DNA of 64,000 nucleotides from Nitrospirota bacterium (lineage in GTDB: Bacteria > Nitrospirota > UBA9217). This document shows positions 1 to 11,641 of the stretch, piece by piece (position 1 is the first letter of the stretch; every line of letters begins with the position of its first letter). Under the pieces are notes generated by a model, which was not told the origin of the DNA, did no database searches, and worked only from the letters and a program-made list of their open reading frames with translations. A program made the translations under genes and the position numbers. The DNA lies in the NCBI GenBank assembly GCA_035623825.1, contig DASPSR010000028.1, positions 1-64,000 of the forward strand. Reading direction: 5' to 3'.

Positions 1-419
<419 letters not shown>

Positions 420-534
420 AATTTGACCCTTTACAATGTTACTCAAGGTAACTTGACTAGTTTTATACTCAAAAACCCGCCGATCCCAAACATCTTTTTT
501 AGGAAAAATGTTTGGGATTCTTGCACCTATTTAG

Positions 535-547
535 TTTTCAAAGACCA
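535..547 (-). promoter_or_regulatory. rrn boxA-like antitermination element
   Basis: Minus strand TGGTCTTTGAAAA in the rRNA leader downstream of the promoters. Confidence 0.65.
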
Positions 548-574
548 TTTTTCTGCATCATCCGCAGAATAATA

Positions 575-603
575 ATAATAACAAAATAGAATTTCTTTGT
601 CAA
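575..603 (-). promoter_or_regulatory. rrn promoter P2 (sigma70)
   Basis: TTGACA-17 bp-TATTAT on the minus strand, TG extended -10, AT-rich upstream. Confidence 0.75.
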
Positions 604-707
604 GAAAATTTATTATTCCGTAAATTATGCGGTGATTAATGTAATGCTCGGTTGATATGCATACAACTTCGAGGTTTTACCCGAGGTTTACCGCCGAACG
701 AGCGCGC

Positions 708-736
708 AATTTATCACAAGCAATATCCCCTGTCAA
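708..736 (-). promoter_or_regulatory. rrn promoter P1 (sigma70) with GC-rich discriminator
   Basis: TTGACA-17 bp-TAAATT followed by GCGCGC; A-tracts upstream resemble an UP element. Confidence 0.7.
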
Positions 737-764
737 GATTTTTCTTCATCGTAAAGTTACTTTT

Positions 765-2012
765 TTATTTCTTCGGTACAACCTTTAAAAAACGTTTCTT
801 CCCGATGCGTATTGTATATACCTCGTTGAACGGAATCGCGGTCACCACCGAAGCGTCCGCCGATAGTTCGGCATCGACGTCGGTTACTTTCTGCCTGTCA
901 ACTTCTACCGCTCCTGCCTTGATAAGCCTTCTCGCCTCTGAACTGCTCGGAACCGCAGCGGTCGCGGAAATAACCTTTGCGAGTTTCATTTTATCGCTGT
1001 CCCAGGGAACCTCCACAACGTCGATATCGTCGGGAATATCTTTCCTGCTGAAGACCTTCTCGAACTCGGCCCTCGCGTTCGCTCCCTCGTTTACGCCACA
1101 GAAACGGTCCACAAGCTCCACAGCAAGCCGCTTCTTTGCCTCCATGGGATGGAGGGTGCCGGCGGCAATGTCCTTCTTGATCCCTTCCAATTCAGTCAGC
1201 GAGACCGAGCTCACCAACTCATAGTACCGGAACATCAGCTCGTCGCTCACGGACATCACCTTGCCGAATATTTCCCGCCCCGGCTCGGTAATGCCGATAT
1301 AATTCCCCAGGCTCTTGCTCATCTTGTTAACGCCGTCGAGCCCTTCGAGGAGCGGCATAAGCACGAGCGACTGCGCCTCCTGGCCGTAATCCCTCTGAAG
1401 CTCCCGCCCTACAAGCAGGTTGAACTTCTGATCTGTCCCTCCGAGTTCCACATCTGCCTTCAGCATCACTGAGTCATACCCCTGAATAAGCGGATAGAGG
1501 AACTCATGGATGCTGATCGGCAGTGCCGCCATATACCGTTTTTTGAAATCTTCGCGCTCGAGCATCCGGGCAACGGTATGTTTGGCTGCAAGCTGGATCA
1601 TCTCTTCGGCTGTCATCTTCGACATCCAGTCGCTGTTGAATACAATCCTGGTCAATCCCGGGTCGAGTATCTTGTAGATCTGCTGCCGGTACGTCCTGGC
1701 GTTCTCGATGACCTCCTCTTTCGTAAGGTGCTTCCTGGTCTCGGACTTGCCCGTGGGATCGCCGATCATGCCCGTAAAGTCGCCGATGAGGAAGATCACC
1801 TCGTGCCCGAGCTCCTGGAACTGCCGCATTTTGTTCAACAGCACCGTATGGCCAAGATGGATGTCCGGGGCAGTCGGGTCGAAACCTGCCTTCACCTTGA
1901 GAGGCTTGCTGCTCTCAACGGAGCGCTCCAGCTTCTTCAGCAGATCATCCTCATTGATGATCTCGACTGCACCTCGCTTTACAACATCAAGTTGTTCCCT
2001 GGCAGCAAGCAT
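765..2012 (-). CDS. tyrS: tyrosine--tRNA ligase
   Basis: [13 protein letters not shown] (HIGH-like), [14 protein letters not shown]-terminal S4 domain. Confidence 0.97.
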   Translation of the reverse strand: MLAAREQLDVVKRGAVEIINEDDLLKKLERSVESSKPLKVKAGFDPTAPDIHLGHTVLLNKMRQFQELGHEVIFLIGDFTGMIGDPTGKSETRKHLTKEEVIENARTYRQQIYKILDPGLTRIVFNSDWMSKMTAEEMIQLAAKHTVARMLEREDFKKRYMAALPISIHEFLYPLIQGYDSVMLKADVELGGTDQKFNLLVGRELQRDYGQEAQSLVLMPLLEGLDGVNKMSKSLGNYIGITEPGREIFGKVMSVSDELMFRYYELVSSVSLTELEGIKKDIAAGTLHPMEAKKRLAVELVDRFCGVNEGANARAEFEKVFSRKDIPDDIDVVEVPWDSDKMKLAKVISATAAVPSSSEARRLIKAGAVEVDRQKVTDVDAELSADASVVTAIPFNEVYTIRIGKKRFLKVVPKK

Positions 2013-2176
2013 GGACTTCAGAACCTCATCCTTATGATCTTAAGCTTCAGAATCCGGAGTTTCGATGGCTATTCTACGGATCTTGCCTGTTTCGACCCTT
2101 AACAGTCTTTTGCAAATCGACCTCTGATAAGAATATTTGTATTTTTCTAAATGGTCCGTATCCTTCAAGCGCGAAA

Positions 2177-2542
2177 TTATTCGGCTTTCCCGATCAGATC
2201 CGTCACGATCTGCGCCATCAGAGGATGCGCGCCCACACAATCCGTTACGACGATGTCTATATTCGCATACTGTTTCTTTGCCTTCTCAACCAACTCCGGG
2301 ATGTCTCTTGATACGTGAGCACCTGCCTGTATAAAAAAAGGCACGATCACAATCTTTTCCACCTGCTGCTGGACGCATTTTTCCAATGCTTCATGCGGTG
2401 TGGGCCGTACGTGCTGCAGAAACGCGTGCTCCACGATCTCATAGCCGCCGATCTTCCTGACCTCGACCACCACCCGCTTTACTGTTTCATCCGCTTCTAT
2501 GCTTCGGCTTCCATGCCCCAGGATTATGACAGCTGTCTTCAC
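2177..2542 (-). CDS. CbiX/SirB-family short sirohydrochlorin chelatase
   Basis: LGHGSR, VPFF..G.HV..DIP and G.HP motifs; GTG start. Confidence 0.85.
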   Translation of the reverse strand: MKTAVIILGHGSRSIEADETVKRVVVEVRKIGGYEIVEHAFLQHVRPTPHEALEKCVQQQVEKIVIVPFFIQAGAHVSRDIPELVEKAKKQYANIDIVVTDCVGAHPLMAQIVTDLIGKAE

Positions 2543-2694
2543 GCAAACTCCTTGCGACGTGTGAGACTGAAGTTTCTATCACAACCTGCCGTAAAAGTCA
2601 ATTTAATATTGACAGAAGGGAACCCTGAAGGTTAAATTATCTCTTACAAAAACAATAGGATCGGAAAGATCCTGACGCATGGAGGCCGATAACT

Positions 2695-3132
2695 ATGGAA
2701 GGAGAAAATAAGGAAAAAGATTTTGTCATCCGCGATCGCCGCGTATACTCGTCCGAGGCCAGCGGGGGCTCTTCGGAACCCAAGGACAAACAGCCTGAAA
2801 AAGGACATTCCAATACGGAAAACGTTACGGGGGGCCCTGCGGAGCGGGCAGGAACCGGGTCTTATCAAGAACTGGATTTTTCATCGTTTATACTGTCCCT
2901 TGCCACCACCGCTCAGGTGGGCCTGGGGAACATACCGAATCCCCAGACGAACGAGCCTGCACAAGATCTTCCGGTTGCGAAGCAGATGATCGATATCCTC
3001 GGGATGCTGAAGGATAAGACCAAGGGCAACCTGACCGATGATGAGCAGGGACTGCTCGACTCGGTCTTATTCAACCTACGGATGCTGTATGTCAGGTCTG
3101 CGGGAAGTAATAAGACGGAGGAGAAAAAATAA
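2695..3132 (+). CDS. DUF1844 family protein
   Basis: LDFSSFILSL, AKQMIDILGMLKDKTKGNL..DE..LL...L..LR signature; GGAGG RBS. Confidence 0.85.
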   Translation: MEGENKEKDFVIRDRRVYSSEASGGSSEPKDKQPEKGHSNTENVTGGPAERAGTGSYQELDFSSFILSLATTAQVGLGNIPNPQTNEPAQDLPVAKQMIDILGMLKDKTKGNLTDDEQGLLDSVLFNLRMLYVRSAGSNKTEEKK

Positions 3133-3274
3133 GGAATATAACCAATACGAGGAACCTGTTCCCAGGCCTTTCCGTTCGCCCTTTTTTGTGAGGCTCATCG
3201 CTTAGCACGCCATAGGTTTCTGAGTAATCGGATTGTTTGCTTCTTTCGGTCTCACGGCAGCGCTTTCCCACAGC

Positions 3275-3304
3275 AAAAAAACGGCGGGTAGTTTCACCCG
3301 CCGC
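3275..3304 (-). terminator. intrinsic terminator
   Basis: Minus strand CGGCGGGT-GAAACT-ACCCGCCG followed by T7, directly after the small ORF at 3314-3379. Confidence 0.8.
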
Positions 3305-3313
3305 ATGTCCGAG

Positions 3314-3379
3314 CTATTTCTTCTTAGCCGTTTTCTTCGTGGTCGTCTTCTTCGTTCCGCATTTTTTGCCGCATGCCAT
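3314..3379 (-). CDS. 21-aa Cys/Lys-rich microprotein MACGKKCGTKKTTTKKTAKKK
   Basis: ATG..TAG preceded by GAGGAGGTGA Shine-Dalgarno and followed by a terminator; below the ORF-track size cutoff. Confidence 0.7.
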   Translation of the reverse strand: MACGKKCGTKKTTTKKTAKKK

Positions 3380-3546
3380 CGATCATCACCTCCTCGTGCT
3401 CATTATCTTTCACGACCAAACAACCATGGCTGGAATCATTCATTAAAACAACCCATTTCAGGAATCCCGATGGGGGGCTGCAGCCGGCGCCATGGAATAC
3501 CCTGCAGTTGGTGCAAGGAAACCAGCCGTGAACGTGCCAACAGGAA

Positions 3547-4473
3547 TCAGAGGCCTTGCAGAACCAGCTCTGCCTCCTGCACATCTTTCCGGATCTGGCG
3601 CACCAGCGACTCGGCACTGGGGAATTTCTCCTCCCCTCGCAGCCGCTTCACAAAAGATACGGTTATTTGCTTGCCATACAGGTCCCCGGCATAATCGAAG
3701 AGATAGACCTCGACAGACACCGAACCGGTATCGAAGGTGGGCCTTACTCCTATGGAGGCGACCCCTTTGAGCCTTAGCCCATCCACTGTGGCAAGCACAG
3801 CATAGACACCATATGCCGGAAGGAGCTCATTGGAAATGCGAAGGTTCGCCGTAGGAAACCCGAGCGAATGGCCACGGTGTGAGCCGTGCACGACCTCGCC
3901 TTCGATCGTATAGCGCCTGCCGAGAAAGGGAACCGCTTCGGTTACCCGCCCTGTCGAAATAAGGTCCCGGATGATGGAGCTGCTCACCACGGTCCCATCC
4001 ACCTGCACCGCATCAACGACCCCGACCCTGAATCCATGGGTCTTTCCCATCACTTTGAGCGATTCGATGCTCCCCTCGCGCCCCTTGCCGAAGGCGTAGT
4101 CGTATCCCACATACACCTCCCGGACGCCTATTTTTTTATGGAGCACATCTCGAGCAAAATCTTCTGGGTTCTGATCGGCGAACTCGCGGGTGAAGTTCGC
4201 ACAGATGACCACTTCGATGCCTGCGGCCTCAAAAAGCTCCATCTTCCCATGGAAGGTGTTGAGGAGTTTCGGCGAGCGTTCCGGAGCAAGCACCTTGAGC
4301 GGATGAGGCTCAAACGTGAAGGCGATGCTCGTGCCGCCTATTTCCGCCGCCCGGTCCACGACTCTCCTGAATATCGCCTGATGCCCCAGATGCACACCGT
4401 CAAAATTGCCAAGGGTCAGCACGGGGTTCGGAAGCTTTTCGCTGTAGTTTTTTACGCCGCGGACAATTCTCAT
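3547..4473 (-). CDS. ribF: bifunctional riboflavin kinase/FAD synthetase
   Basis: GNFDGVHLGH, LGFPTAN, G.RPTF, LRGE.KF; start moved to MRIV. Confidence 0.96.
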   Translation of the reverse strand: MRIVRGVKNYSEKLPNPVLTLGNFDGVHLGHQAIFRRVVDRAAEIGGTSIAFTFEPHPLKVLAPERSPKLLNTFHGKMELFEAAGIEVVICANFTREFADQNPEDFARDVLHKKIGVREVYVGYDYAFGKGREGSIESLKVMGKTHGFRVGVVDAVQVDGTVVSSSIIRDLISTGRVTEAVPFLGRRYTIEGEVVHGSHRGHSLGFPTANLRISNELLPAYGVYAVLATVDGLRLKGVASIGVRPTFDTGSVSVEVYLFDYAGDLYGKQITVSFVKRLRGEEKFPSAESLVRQIRKDVQEAELVLQGL

Positions 4474-4614
4474 ATGCGCAGGGATAATCGCACAATGAGA
4501 CGAAATTGTCAACCACGTGTTATGCAAAATCTATTGACAATAAAACAGGCGCTGTGCTATAAAAGAAGTCTTTTGGAGCATAGTTACGGCGGGATTCCGG
4601 CAAGGATTCAATAG

Positions 4615-5940
4615 ATGGCAACAATAACCCCCTTCAGGGGAATCTTATATGATCAGACGAAAGCGGGCTCTATCGGTAATCTCGTCTGTCCGCCCTATGA
4701 CATCATATCGCCGGTCGAACAGCAGGAGCTCTACAGAAAAAGCCCCCATAACATCGTCCGGCTCGAATTCGGTCTCGAGAGCCCCGCTGACACCGAGGAC
4801 GACAACCGGTATACCCGTGCGGCCGCTCTTCTGGAGGATTGGTTCAAAGCGGATATACTGCGGCAAAGTCCGGAACCTTCACTCTATATCTATGAGATGG
4901 AGTACCCTATCGGAAAAGTCGTCAAGCGGCTGCGAGGATTCATCTGCCTGGTCAGGATAGAGGACTACGACTCGGGCGTCGTCAGGCCTCACGAGACGAC
5001 GCTCTCGGGCCCCAAGACGGACCGCCTGAACCTCCTGCGCGCATGCAAGGCGAGCTTCAGCCAGATATTCTCGCTCTTCTCCGACCCGCAGGGGAAGACA
5101 TCAGGAATTCTCGCGAAGATGACCTCGAGGCCCGACATGGAAGTGAAGAACAGCGATGGTGTCCTGCACCGCGTCTGGACCCTGAATGGTAAACAGGATA
5201 TCCAGGCCATTGTCCGGGAAATGGTGGACAGGCCCTTATTCATCGCTGACGGCCATCACCGCTACGACACATCGCTGAACTATCGAAATGAACGGCGCAA
5301 AGAAGACGGGGCATTCACCGGCGACGAGCCGTACAACTATGTAGCCATGTATTTGGCTCGCCTTGAAGACCCGGGGCTGACTATCCTTCCGGCACACCGG
5401 GCGCTCTTCAACCTGACCGGCTTCAATCCGCAACGGTTCGAGGATGATTTGAACCGCTACTTCAATATCGAGCGTATCGATTTCGACGAGAAGTCAGAGC
5501 ATGCGGACCGGCGGACGGTCTTGGACACCATGGTTCACCGCGCAGACCATGCCCATGTCTTTGGGATGATAGTCAAGGGCGAGCACAGCTACTATCTCCT
5601 GTCCTTGAGGAACGAGGACGACATGGATGTCCTTCTTCCGGACAAATCGCCCGCTTACCGGAGGCTGGATGTCTCGATCCTGCATCACCTGGTCATCGAC
5701 AAGCTTCTGGGGATCAAGATAAAGACCCACAAGCTCGGTCTCAATATTGAATACATCAAAGATGTCGATGATGCGGTAAAGCGGATTCAGAACGGTTCTG
5801 CGGATATCGTCTTTTTCATGAATCCCACGAAGGTGAGCGAGGTCAAGGAGGTCGCTGCCGCAGGCGAGCGCATGCCGCAGAAGGCCACCTACTTCTATCC
5901 AAAGCTCCTGACGGGGCTCGTGATGAACAAGCTGGGCTGA
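4615..5940 (+). CDS. DUF1015 domain protein
   Basis: PPYDII, RPHE.T, IADGHHRY, MPQKATYFYPKLLTGL; upstream TTGACA-18-TATAAA promoter. Confidence 0.9.
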   Translation: MATITPFRGILYDQTKAGSIGNLVCPPYDIISPVEQQELYRKSPHNIVRLEFGLESPADTEDDNRYTRAAALLEDWFKADILRQSPEPSLYIYEMEYPIGKVVKRLRGFICLVRIEDYDSGVVRPHETTLSGPKTDRLNLLRACKASFSQIFSLFSDPQGKTSGILAKMTSRPDMEVKNSDGVLHRVWTLNGKQDIQAIVREMVDRPLFIADGHHRYDTSLNYRNERRKEDGAFTGDEPYNYVAMYLARLEDPGLTILPAHRALFNLTGFNPQRFEDDLNRYFNIERIDFDEKSEHADRRTVLDTMVHRADHAHVFGMIVKGEHSYYLLSLRNEDDMDVLLPDKSPAYRRLDVSILHHLVIDKLLGIKIKTHKLGLNIEYIKDVDDAVKRIQNGSADIVFFMNPTKVSEVKEVAAAGERMPQKATYFYPKLLTGLVMNKLG

Positions 5941-6019
5941 ATCAAATCTGGAAATGATAGACTAAGATAACTGGGCATGCTCGCGCATGCTTAAGCTAAC
6001 GATGCGATTCCCGTTTTGA

Positions 6020-7057
<1,038 letters not shown>

Positions 7058-7205
7058 GAGAAGACGACCTTCGAACAGACAATCGCAAACGATTGCCAGG
7101 CTCCACACTTCAGTGCCCGAAGCCGTTGGAATTTGATCCTTGGCGCTTTAATCCTTTCGGAATTCTGTGTTTGAAATTCTGAATTCTTCTCCCGTGAGGT
7201 GCGGC

Positions 7206-8399
7206 ATGGACAAAAAGACGATCAAAAATGTTGACTTAAAAGGCAAGCGGGTCTTCATCCGGGCTGACTTCAATGTGCCGCTCGATGAGAACGGCAACAT
7301 TACCGATGACGGCAGAATACGCTCGACGCTGCCGACCATCAACTATGCGATCGACGAGGGCGCGAAAGTGATCCTCGCATCGCACCTCGGCCGTCCCAAG
7401 GGCAAGCCCGACGCGAAATACAGCCTCGCCCCGGTGGCAAAACGGCTCAACCGACTCCTCAACAAGGAGATAAATTTCCTGAACGACTGCGTCGGACCGG
7501 ACGTCGAGTACGCTGTACAGGGAATGCGGCCGGGAGATGTGGTCCTTCTCGAAAATCTCCGGTTCCACGCCGAGGAAGAGAAGAACGACGAGGCGTTTTC
7601 AAAGGCACTGGCTTCCCTTGCCGACGTATACGTGAACGACGCCTTCGGCACCGCCCACCGGGCGCATGCATCGACGTTCGGCATCGCTAAACACGTGAAA
7701 TACGCCGTAGCGGGGTTTCTGATGAAGAGGGAAATCGACTACCTTCAGAAGACTGTGGCTGATCCCGTGCGGCCCTTCGTGGCCATTCTCGGCGGGGCGA
7801 AGGTCTCAGGAAAGATCGGCGTCATAGAGAACCTTCAGAACAAGGTGGACAAGATCATCGTCGGCGGCGCCATGGCCTTCACGTTCATCAAGGCCCGGGG
7901 CCAGGAAGTGGGCAACTCACTTGTTGAGACACAGATGCTCGAGATGGCCCAGAACATCCGAAAGGGTCTGCGGGATACCGGGATAAAATTCTACCTGCCG
8001 GTCGATTTCGTGGTCGCCGAGAACATGAACGATGGGGCTGAGGCAAAGATCGTGACCTCTCAGGAGATCCCCAAGGACTGGGTGGGGCTTGATATCGGTC
8101 CGGCTACGACGAGGCTCTTTTCCGAAGCGCTCCAGAACGCGAAAACCATCATCTGGAACGGCCCCATGGGCATGTTCGAAAAAGACGCCTACTCGCGCGG
8201 GACCTTCGCCATTGCGCGCGCAGTGGCCGATTCGTACGCCCTGACCATCGTCGGAGGCGGCGACACCGATGTGGCGGTGCACAAGGCAGGCGTATCCGAC
8301 AGCATCACTTTCATCTCGACGGGCGGCGGCGCATCGTTGGAGCTGCTGGAAGGGAAGAAACTCCCCGGACTTGCAGCCCTCACGGACGATGGGGATTAA
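7206..8399 (+). CDS. pgk: phosphoglycerate kinase
   Basis: RADFNVP, SHLGRP, LENLRF, DAFGTAHRAHAS, STGGGASLE. Confidence 0.98.
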   Translation: MDKKTIKNVDLKGKRVFIRADFNVPLDENGNITDDGRIRSTLPTINYAIDEGAKVILASHLGRPKGKPDAKYSLAPVAKRLNRLLNKEINFLNDCVGPDVEYAVQGMRPGDVVLLENLRFHAEEEKNDEAFSKALASLADVYVNDAFGTAHRAHASTFGIAKHVKYAVAGFLMKREIDYLQKTVADPVRPFVAILGGAKVSGKIGVIENLQNKVDKIIVGGAMAFTFIKARGQEVGNSLVETQMLEMAQNIRKGLRDTGIKFYLPVDFVVAENMNDGAEAKIVTSQEIPKDWVGLDIGPATTRLFSEALQNAKTIIWNGPMGMFEKDAYSRGTFAIARAVADSYALTIVGGGDTDVAVHKAGVSDSITFISTGGGASLELLEGKKLPGLAALTDDGD

Positions 8400-8495
8400 C
8401 AAGATCCGAGTCCCTCGCAGGGCCGATCGACATGCCCGCAAGACCAATGGGAGTTTTTTCTGTTCTCAATCTTTGCACGATGAAAGGAATTCAAG

Positions 8496-9257
8496 ATGAA
8501 TCCAAAAAGACGGCCCATCATGGCAGGAAACTGGAAGATGAACAAGACCACGGCCGAGGCGCGTGACTTGGCGGGCAAGCTCATCCCGCACATCGGCGGG
8601 GTCAGGGACAGAGACGTCGTTCTCGCTCCTCCGTTCACCGCTCTTCAGGCCGTGGCCGAGGCGATCAAGGGAACGGGGGTCGCCCTTTCGGCCCAGAACC
8701 TGCATTGGGAGGATAAAGGAGCCTTCACCGGGGAGATATCGGCCGAAATGCTGTTGGATTTGGGCTGCAAATATGTTATCATAGGCCACAGTGAACGCAG
8801 ACAGTTCTTCGGCGAAACCGATGAGACGGTGAACAGAAAGATCAGACAGGCCCTGAACAAAGGCTTGCTTCCCATCGTCTGCGTCGGAGAAACCCTGAAA
8901 GAGCGAGAGGCAGGCGCTGCAAACGCGGTGATTGAGCGACAGGTCGCCGGTGCGCTTCAGGGCGTCACGGCGGCAGAGATGGATAAAGTGATCGTCGCCT
9001 ACGAACCGGTCTGGGCCATCGGCACAGGCAAGACCGCAACCCCGGACCAGGCGAACGAGATCCACAGCTTCATCAGGAGCAAGGTCCAGATCTCTTACGG
9101 CAAAGATGTCGCCGGTTTGCTTCGCATACAGTATGGCGGGAGCGTCACACCGGAGAATGTGTCGGCGCTCATGTCCATGCCTGACATCGATGGAGCACTC
9201 GTGGGCGGCGCAAGCCTCAAGCCAGAATCGTTTGCGGCGCTCGTAAAATTTACCTAG
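8496..9257 (+). CDS. tpiA: triosephosphate isomerase
   Basis: AGNWKMN, GHSERR, AYEPVWAIGTG, YGGSV. Confidence 0.98.
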   Translation: MNPKRRPIMAGNWKMNKTTAEARDLAGKLIPHIGGVRDRDVVLAPPFTALQAVAEAIKGTGVALSAQNLHWEDKGAFTGEISAEMLLDLGCKYVIIGHSERRQFFGETDETVNRKIRQALNKGLLPIVCVGETLKEREAGAANAVIERQVAGALQGVTAAEMDKVIVAYEPVWAIGTGKTATPDQANEIHSFIRSKVQISYGKDVAGLLRIQYGGSVTPENVSALMSMPDIDGALVGGASLKPESFAALVKFT

Positions 9258-9392
9258 ATATTCGGTTCACAGGGGCGCAGAGAAGGACTTCGCAGCGCTT
9301 TCCGGCTGCACATTATATGATGCTTCCGGCTTCGGCGATTTTCCCGGAGATCTCGGTGCTGCTGTGGTTAAGAATGAGGAGGGAACTCAGCA

Positions 9393-9722
9393 ATGCGTAT
9401 TTTCTTAATAACGCTTCATGTCATCGTCTCCGCCATCCTGGTGTCGATGGTCCTTTTACAGAAAGGAAAGGGCGCTGACATCGGCGCGGCCTTCGGAGGT
9501 GCGTCTCAGACCGTTTTCGGGCCGAGGGGGGCGCAGAGCTTCATGGCCAAGCTCACCACCGGCGCCGCTGTCCTTTTCATGATAACGTCGCTCGGCCTCG
9601 CGCTCACAACGTCGAAAAAGAGCTCGGTCATGGAAGGGGTAAAACAGGAGCAGACACAGCAGGCTCCGGCAGTGCCGCTCGCCCCGCCCGCGCAGGCCCC
9701 GGCACCGGCGCCAGCAAAATAA
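9393..9722 (+). CDS. secG: preprotein translocase subunit SecG
   Basis: VLLQKGKGADIGAAFGG, two TM helices, conserved position after tpiA. Confidence 0.95.
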   Translation: MRIFLITLHVIVSAILVSMVLLQKGKGADIGAAFGGASQTVFGPRGAQSFMAKLTTGAAVLFMITSLGLALTTSKKSSVMEGVKQEQTQQAPAVPLAPPAQAPAPAPAK

Positions 9723-9758
9723 TCTGATTATGGCGCTTTGATGTCGCAGCACATCCTG

Positions 9759-9789
9759 AAGGGTAGGCCATGCCTACCCTTTTGTTTTT
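9759..9789 (+). terminator. intrinsic terminator
   Basis: AAGGGTAGGC-CAT-GCCTACCCTT stem followed by a T-rich tail. Confidence 0.8.
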
Positions 9790-9933
9790 AATACGATAGT
9801 TGCGGCTAACCGCGGGAGGCTGTCATTGCGAGCGGACATCGGGAGTGCGGCGACCCGGTCACGTGAAAGTTCAGTTGCTTCTTCGAACCGCGCCTCCTGG
9901 TCCCCTCGCGCGCCGCTGACACAGTTCTGAAGC

Positions 9934-11523
9934 ATGAATAAACAGCTCACAATTTATATAATTCCCTTCTTCTTTCTCGTCCTTGCCTGCGGTCAGCAAG
10001 CGGAGCGAAACCCCAACACGTTCGTAGAGAGTTCAATCGGAGACGCCCGGAGACTGAACCCGGTAATAGCGAACGATTCGGCATCGGGATCGATCAATGA
10101 CCAGGTCTTCAATGGCCTCGTAAAGTACGACAAGGACATCAGGCTCGTGGGCGACCTCGCCGAGCGATGGGACGTATCAGCCGACGGCAAAGCCGTCACT
10201 TTCCACATTCGCAAGGGCATCAAATGGCATGACGGCGTGGAATTTACCGCCGATGACTGTCTGTTCACCTATCAGAAACTCATCGATCCCAAGGTTGTTA
10301 CTCCCTACAGCAGTTCATACATGGACGTCAAGAAGGCCGAAGTCGTTGACCGTTACATCTTTCGGGTGTCCTACGCGGAGCCATTTTCCCCGGCCCTGGA
10401 GAGCTGGGCCATAGGCATGATTCCGAAGCACGTGCTGGAGGGGAAGGACATAAATAACGATGAATTCAACCGGAACCCTGTCGGAACGGGGCCGTATAAG
10501 TTCAAGGAGTGGATTACAGGCCAGAAGATCGTGCTCGATGCGAACGATCAGTACTTTGAGGGGAGGCCGAACATCGACCAGTTCATCTATCGGATCATTC
10601 CCGACAGCTCAACCATGTTCCAGGAACTCCTCTCCGGCGGCGTGGACATGATGGGGCTTTCTCCACTCCAATACCTCAGGAAGAGCGAGACGCGGAGGAT
10701 CAGGGAGAATTACCGCAAGTTCCGCTACCCGGCGAATGCGTACACCTATATGGGATATAATCTGACGAACCCCCTCTTCGGCGACGTCAAGGTGCGTCAG
10801 GCGCTCTCCTATGCAATCAATCGGCAAAGCATCATCGACGGCATACTCCTCGGCCTCGGCAAACCCTGTACCGGGCCCTTCTCATACGTCTCCTGGGCTT
10901 ATAATCACAAGGCCAAGAGCTACCCCCATGACCCGGAACGCGCCAAGAAGATGCTTGCCGAAGCAGGCTGGAAGGACTTGAACGGCCAGGGCATCCTGGA
11001 GAAGGATGGGAAACCATTCAGATTCACAATCCTCACAAACCAGGGGAACAATGAGCGAATCCGCTCCGCCGAGATCATCCAGCAAAACCTTAAGGCGGTC
11101 GGTATCGACGTAAACATTCGGGTCATGGAATGGCAGGCTTTTTTGGAACAGATAGACAAGCGTTCCTTCGACGCCATTATCCTCGGATGGGGCATGGGCC
11201 GCGACCCGGATATCTACGACATCTGGCATTCGAGCAAGACCAAAAAAGGAGAATACAATTTCATCGGCTACAAGAATGCGGAGGTCGACCGGCTTCTCGT
11301 GGAGGGTCGCCGCACCTTCGATATCGAAAAGCGCAAGAAGATCTACTACCGCATCCATGAGATCCTGGCCGAGGAGCAGCCCTATGCATTCCTGTATGTT
11401 CCCGACGCCCTGCCGGTCGTTCACAAGCGCTTCAAGGGAATCGAGGTGGCGCCTCTCGGCATCATGTACAACTTCATCAAGTGGCACGTGCCAAAGGACA
11501 GGATGGAGTGGCAAATCGAATGA
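9934..11523 (+). CDS. ABC transporter family-5 (peptide/nickel) substrate-binding lipoprotein
   Basis: Lipobox VLAC, GDLAERW, KWHDG..FTADD, PVGTGPYKF, VRQAL..AINR. Confidence 0.9.
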   Translation: MNKQLTIYIIPFFFLVLACGQQAERNPNTFVESSIGDARRLNPVIANDSASGSINDQVFNGLVKYDKDIRLVGDLAERWDVSADGKAVTFHIRKGIKWHDGVEFTADDCLFTYQKLIDPKVVTPYSSSYMDVKKAEVVDRYIFRVSYAEPFSPALESWAIGMIPKHVLEGKDINNDEFNRNPVGTGPYKFKEWITGQKIVLDANDQYFEGRPNIDQFIYRIIPDSSTMFQELLSGGVDMMGLSPLQYLRKSETRRIRENYRKFRYPANAYTYMGYNLTNPLFGDVKVRQALSYAINRQSIIDGILLGLGKPCTGPFSYVSWAYNHKAKSYPHDPERAKKMLAEAGWKDLNGQGILEKDGKPFRFTILTNQGNNERIRSAEIIQQNLKAVGIDVNIRVMEWQAFLEQIDKRSFDAIILGWGMGRDPDIYDIWHSSKTKKGEYNFIGYKNAEVDRLLVEGRRTFDIEKRKKIYYRIHEILAEEQPYAFLYVPDALPVVHKRFKGIEVAPLGIMYNFIKWHVPKDRMEWQIE

Positions 11524-11641
11524 AACATCGAAGCACGGCTCTGCCGTGGAATGCTGAACTCCAAATTTGCTGAGCATACTGCTTGGCCCTTGTCATGCGA
11601 GCATTATGTGCATTTGAGCCTTGCAAGTCAGCAGTCGGAAA

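Noticed and set aside
2013-2176. T-box leader upstream of tyrS, or the 66-aa ORF at 2040-2240
   Set aside because: No T-box consensus or terminator seen; the ORF overlaps the chelatase gene and lacks an RBS
9790-9933. tRNA after secG, or a REP element starting TGTCATTGCGAGCG (9821)
   Set aside because: No cloverleaf or T-loop motif; the REP-like start is degenerate and single-copy in this window
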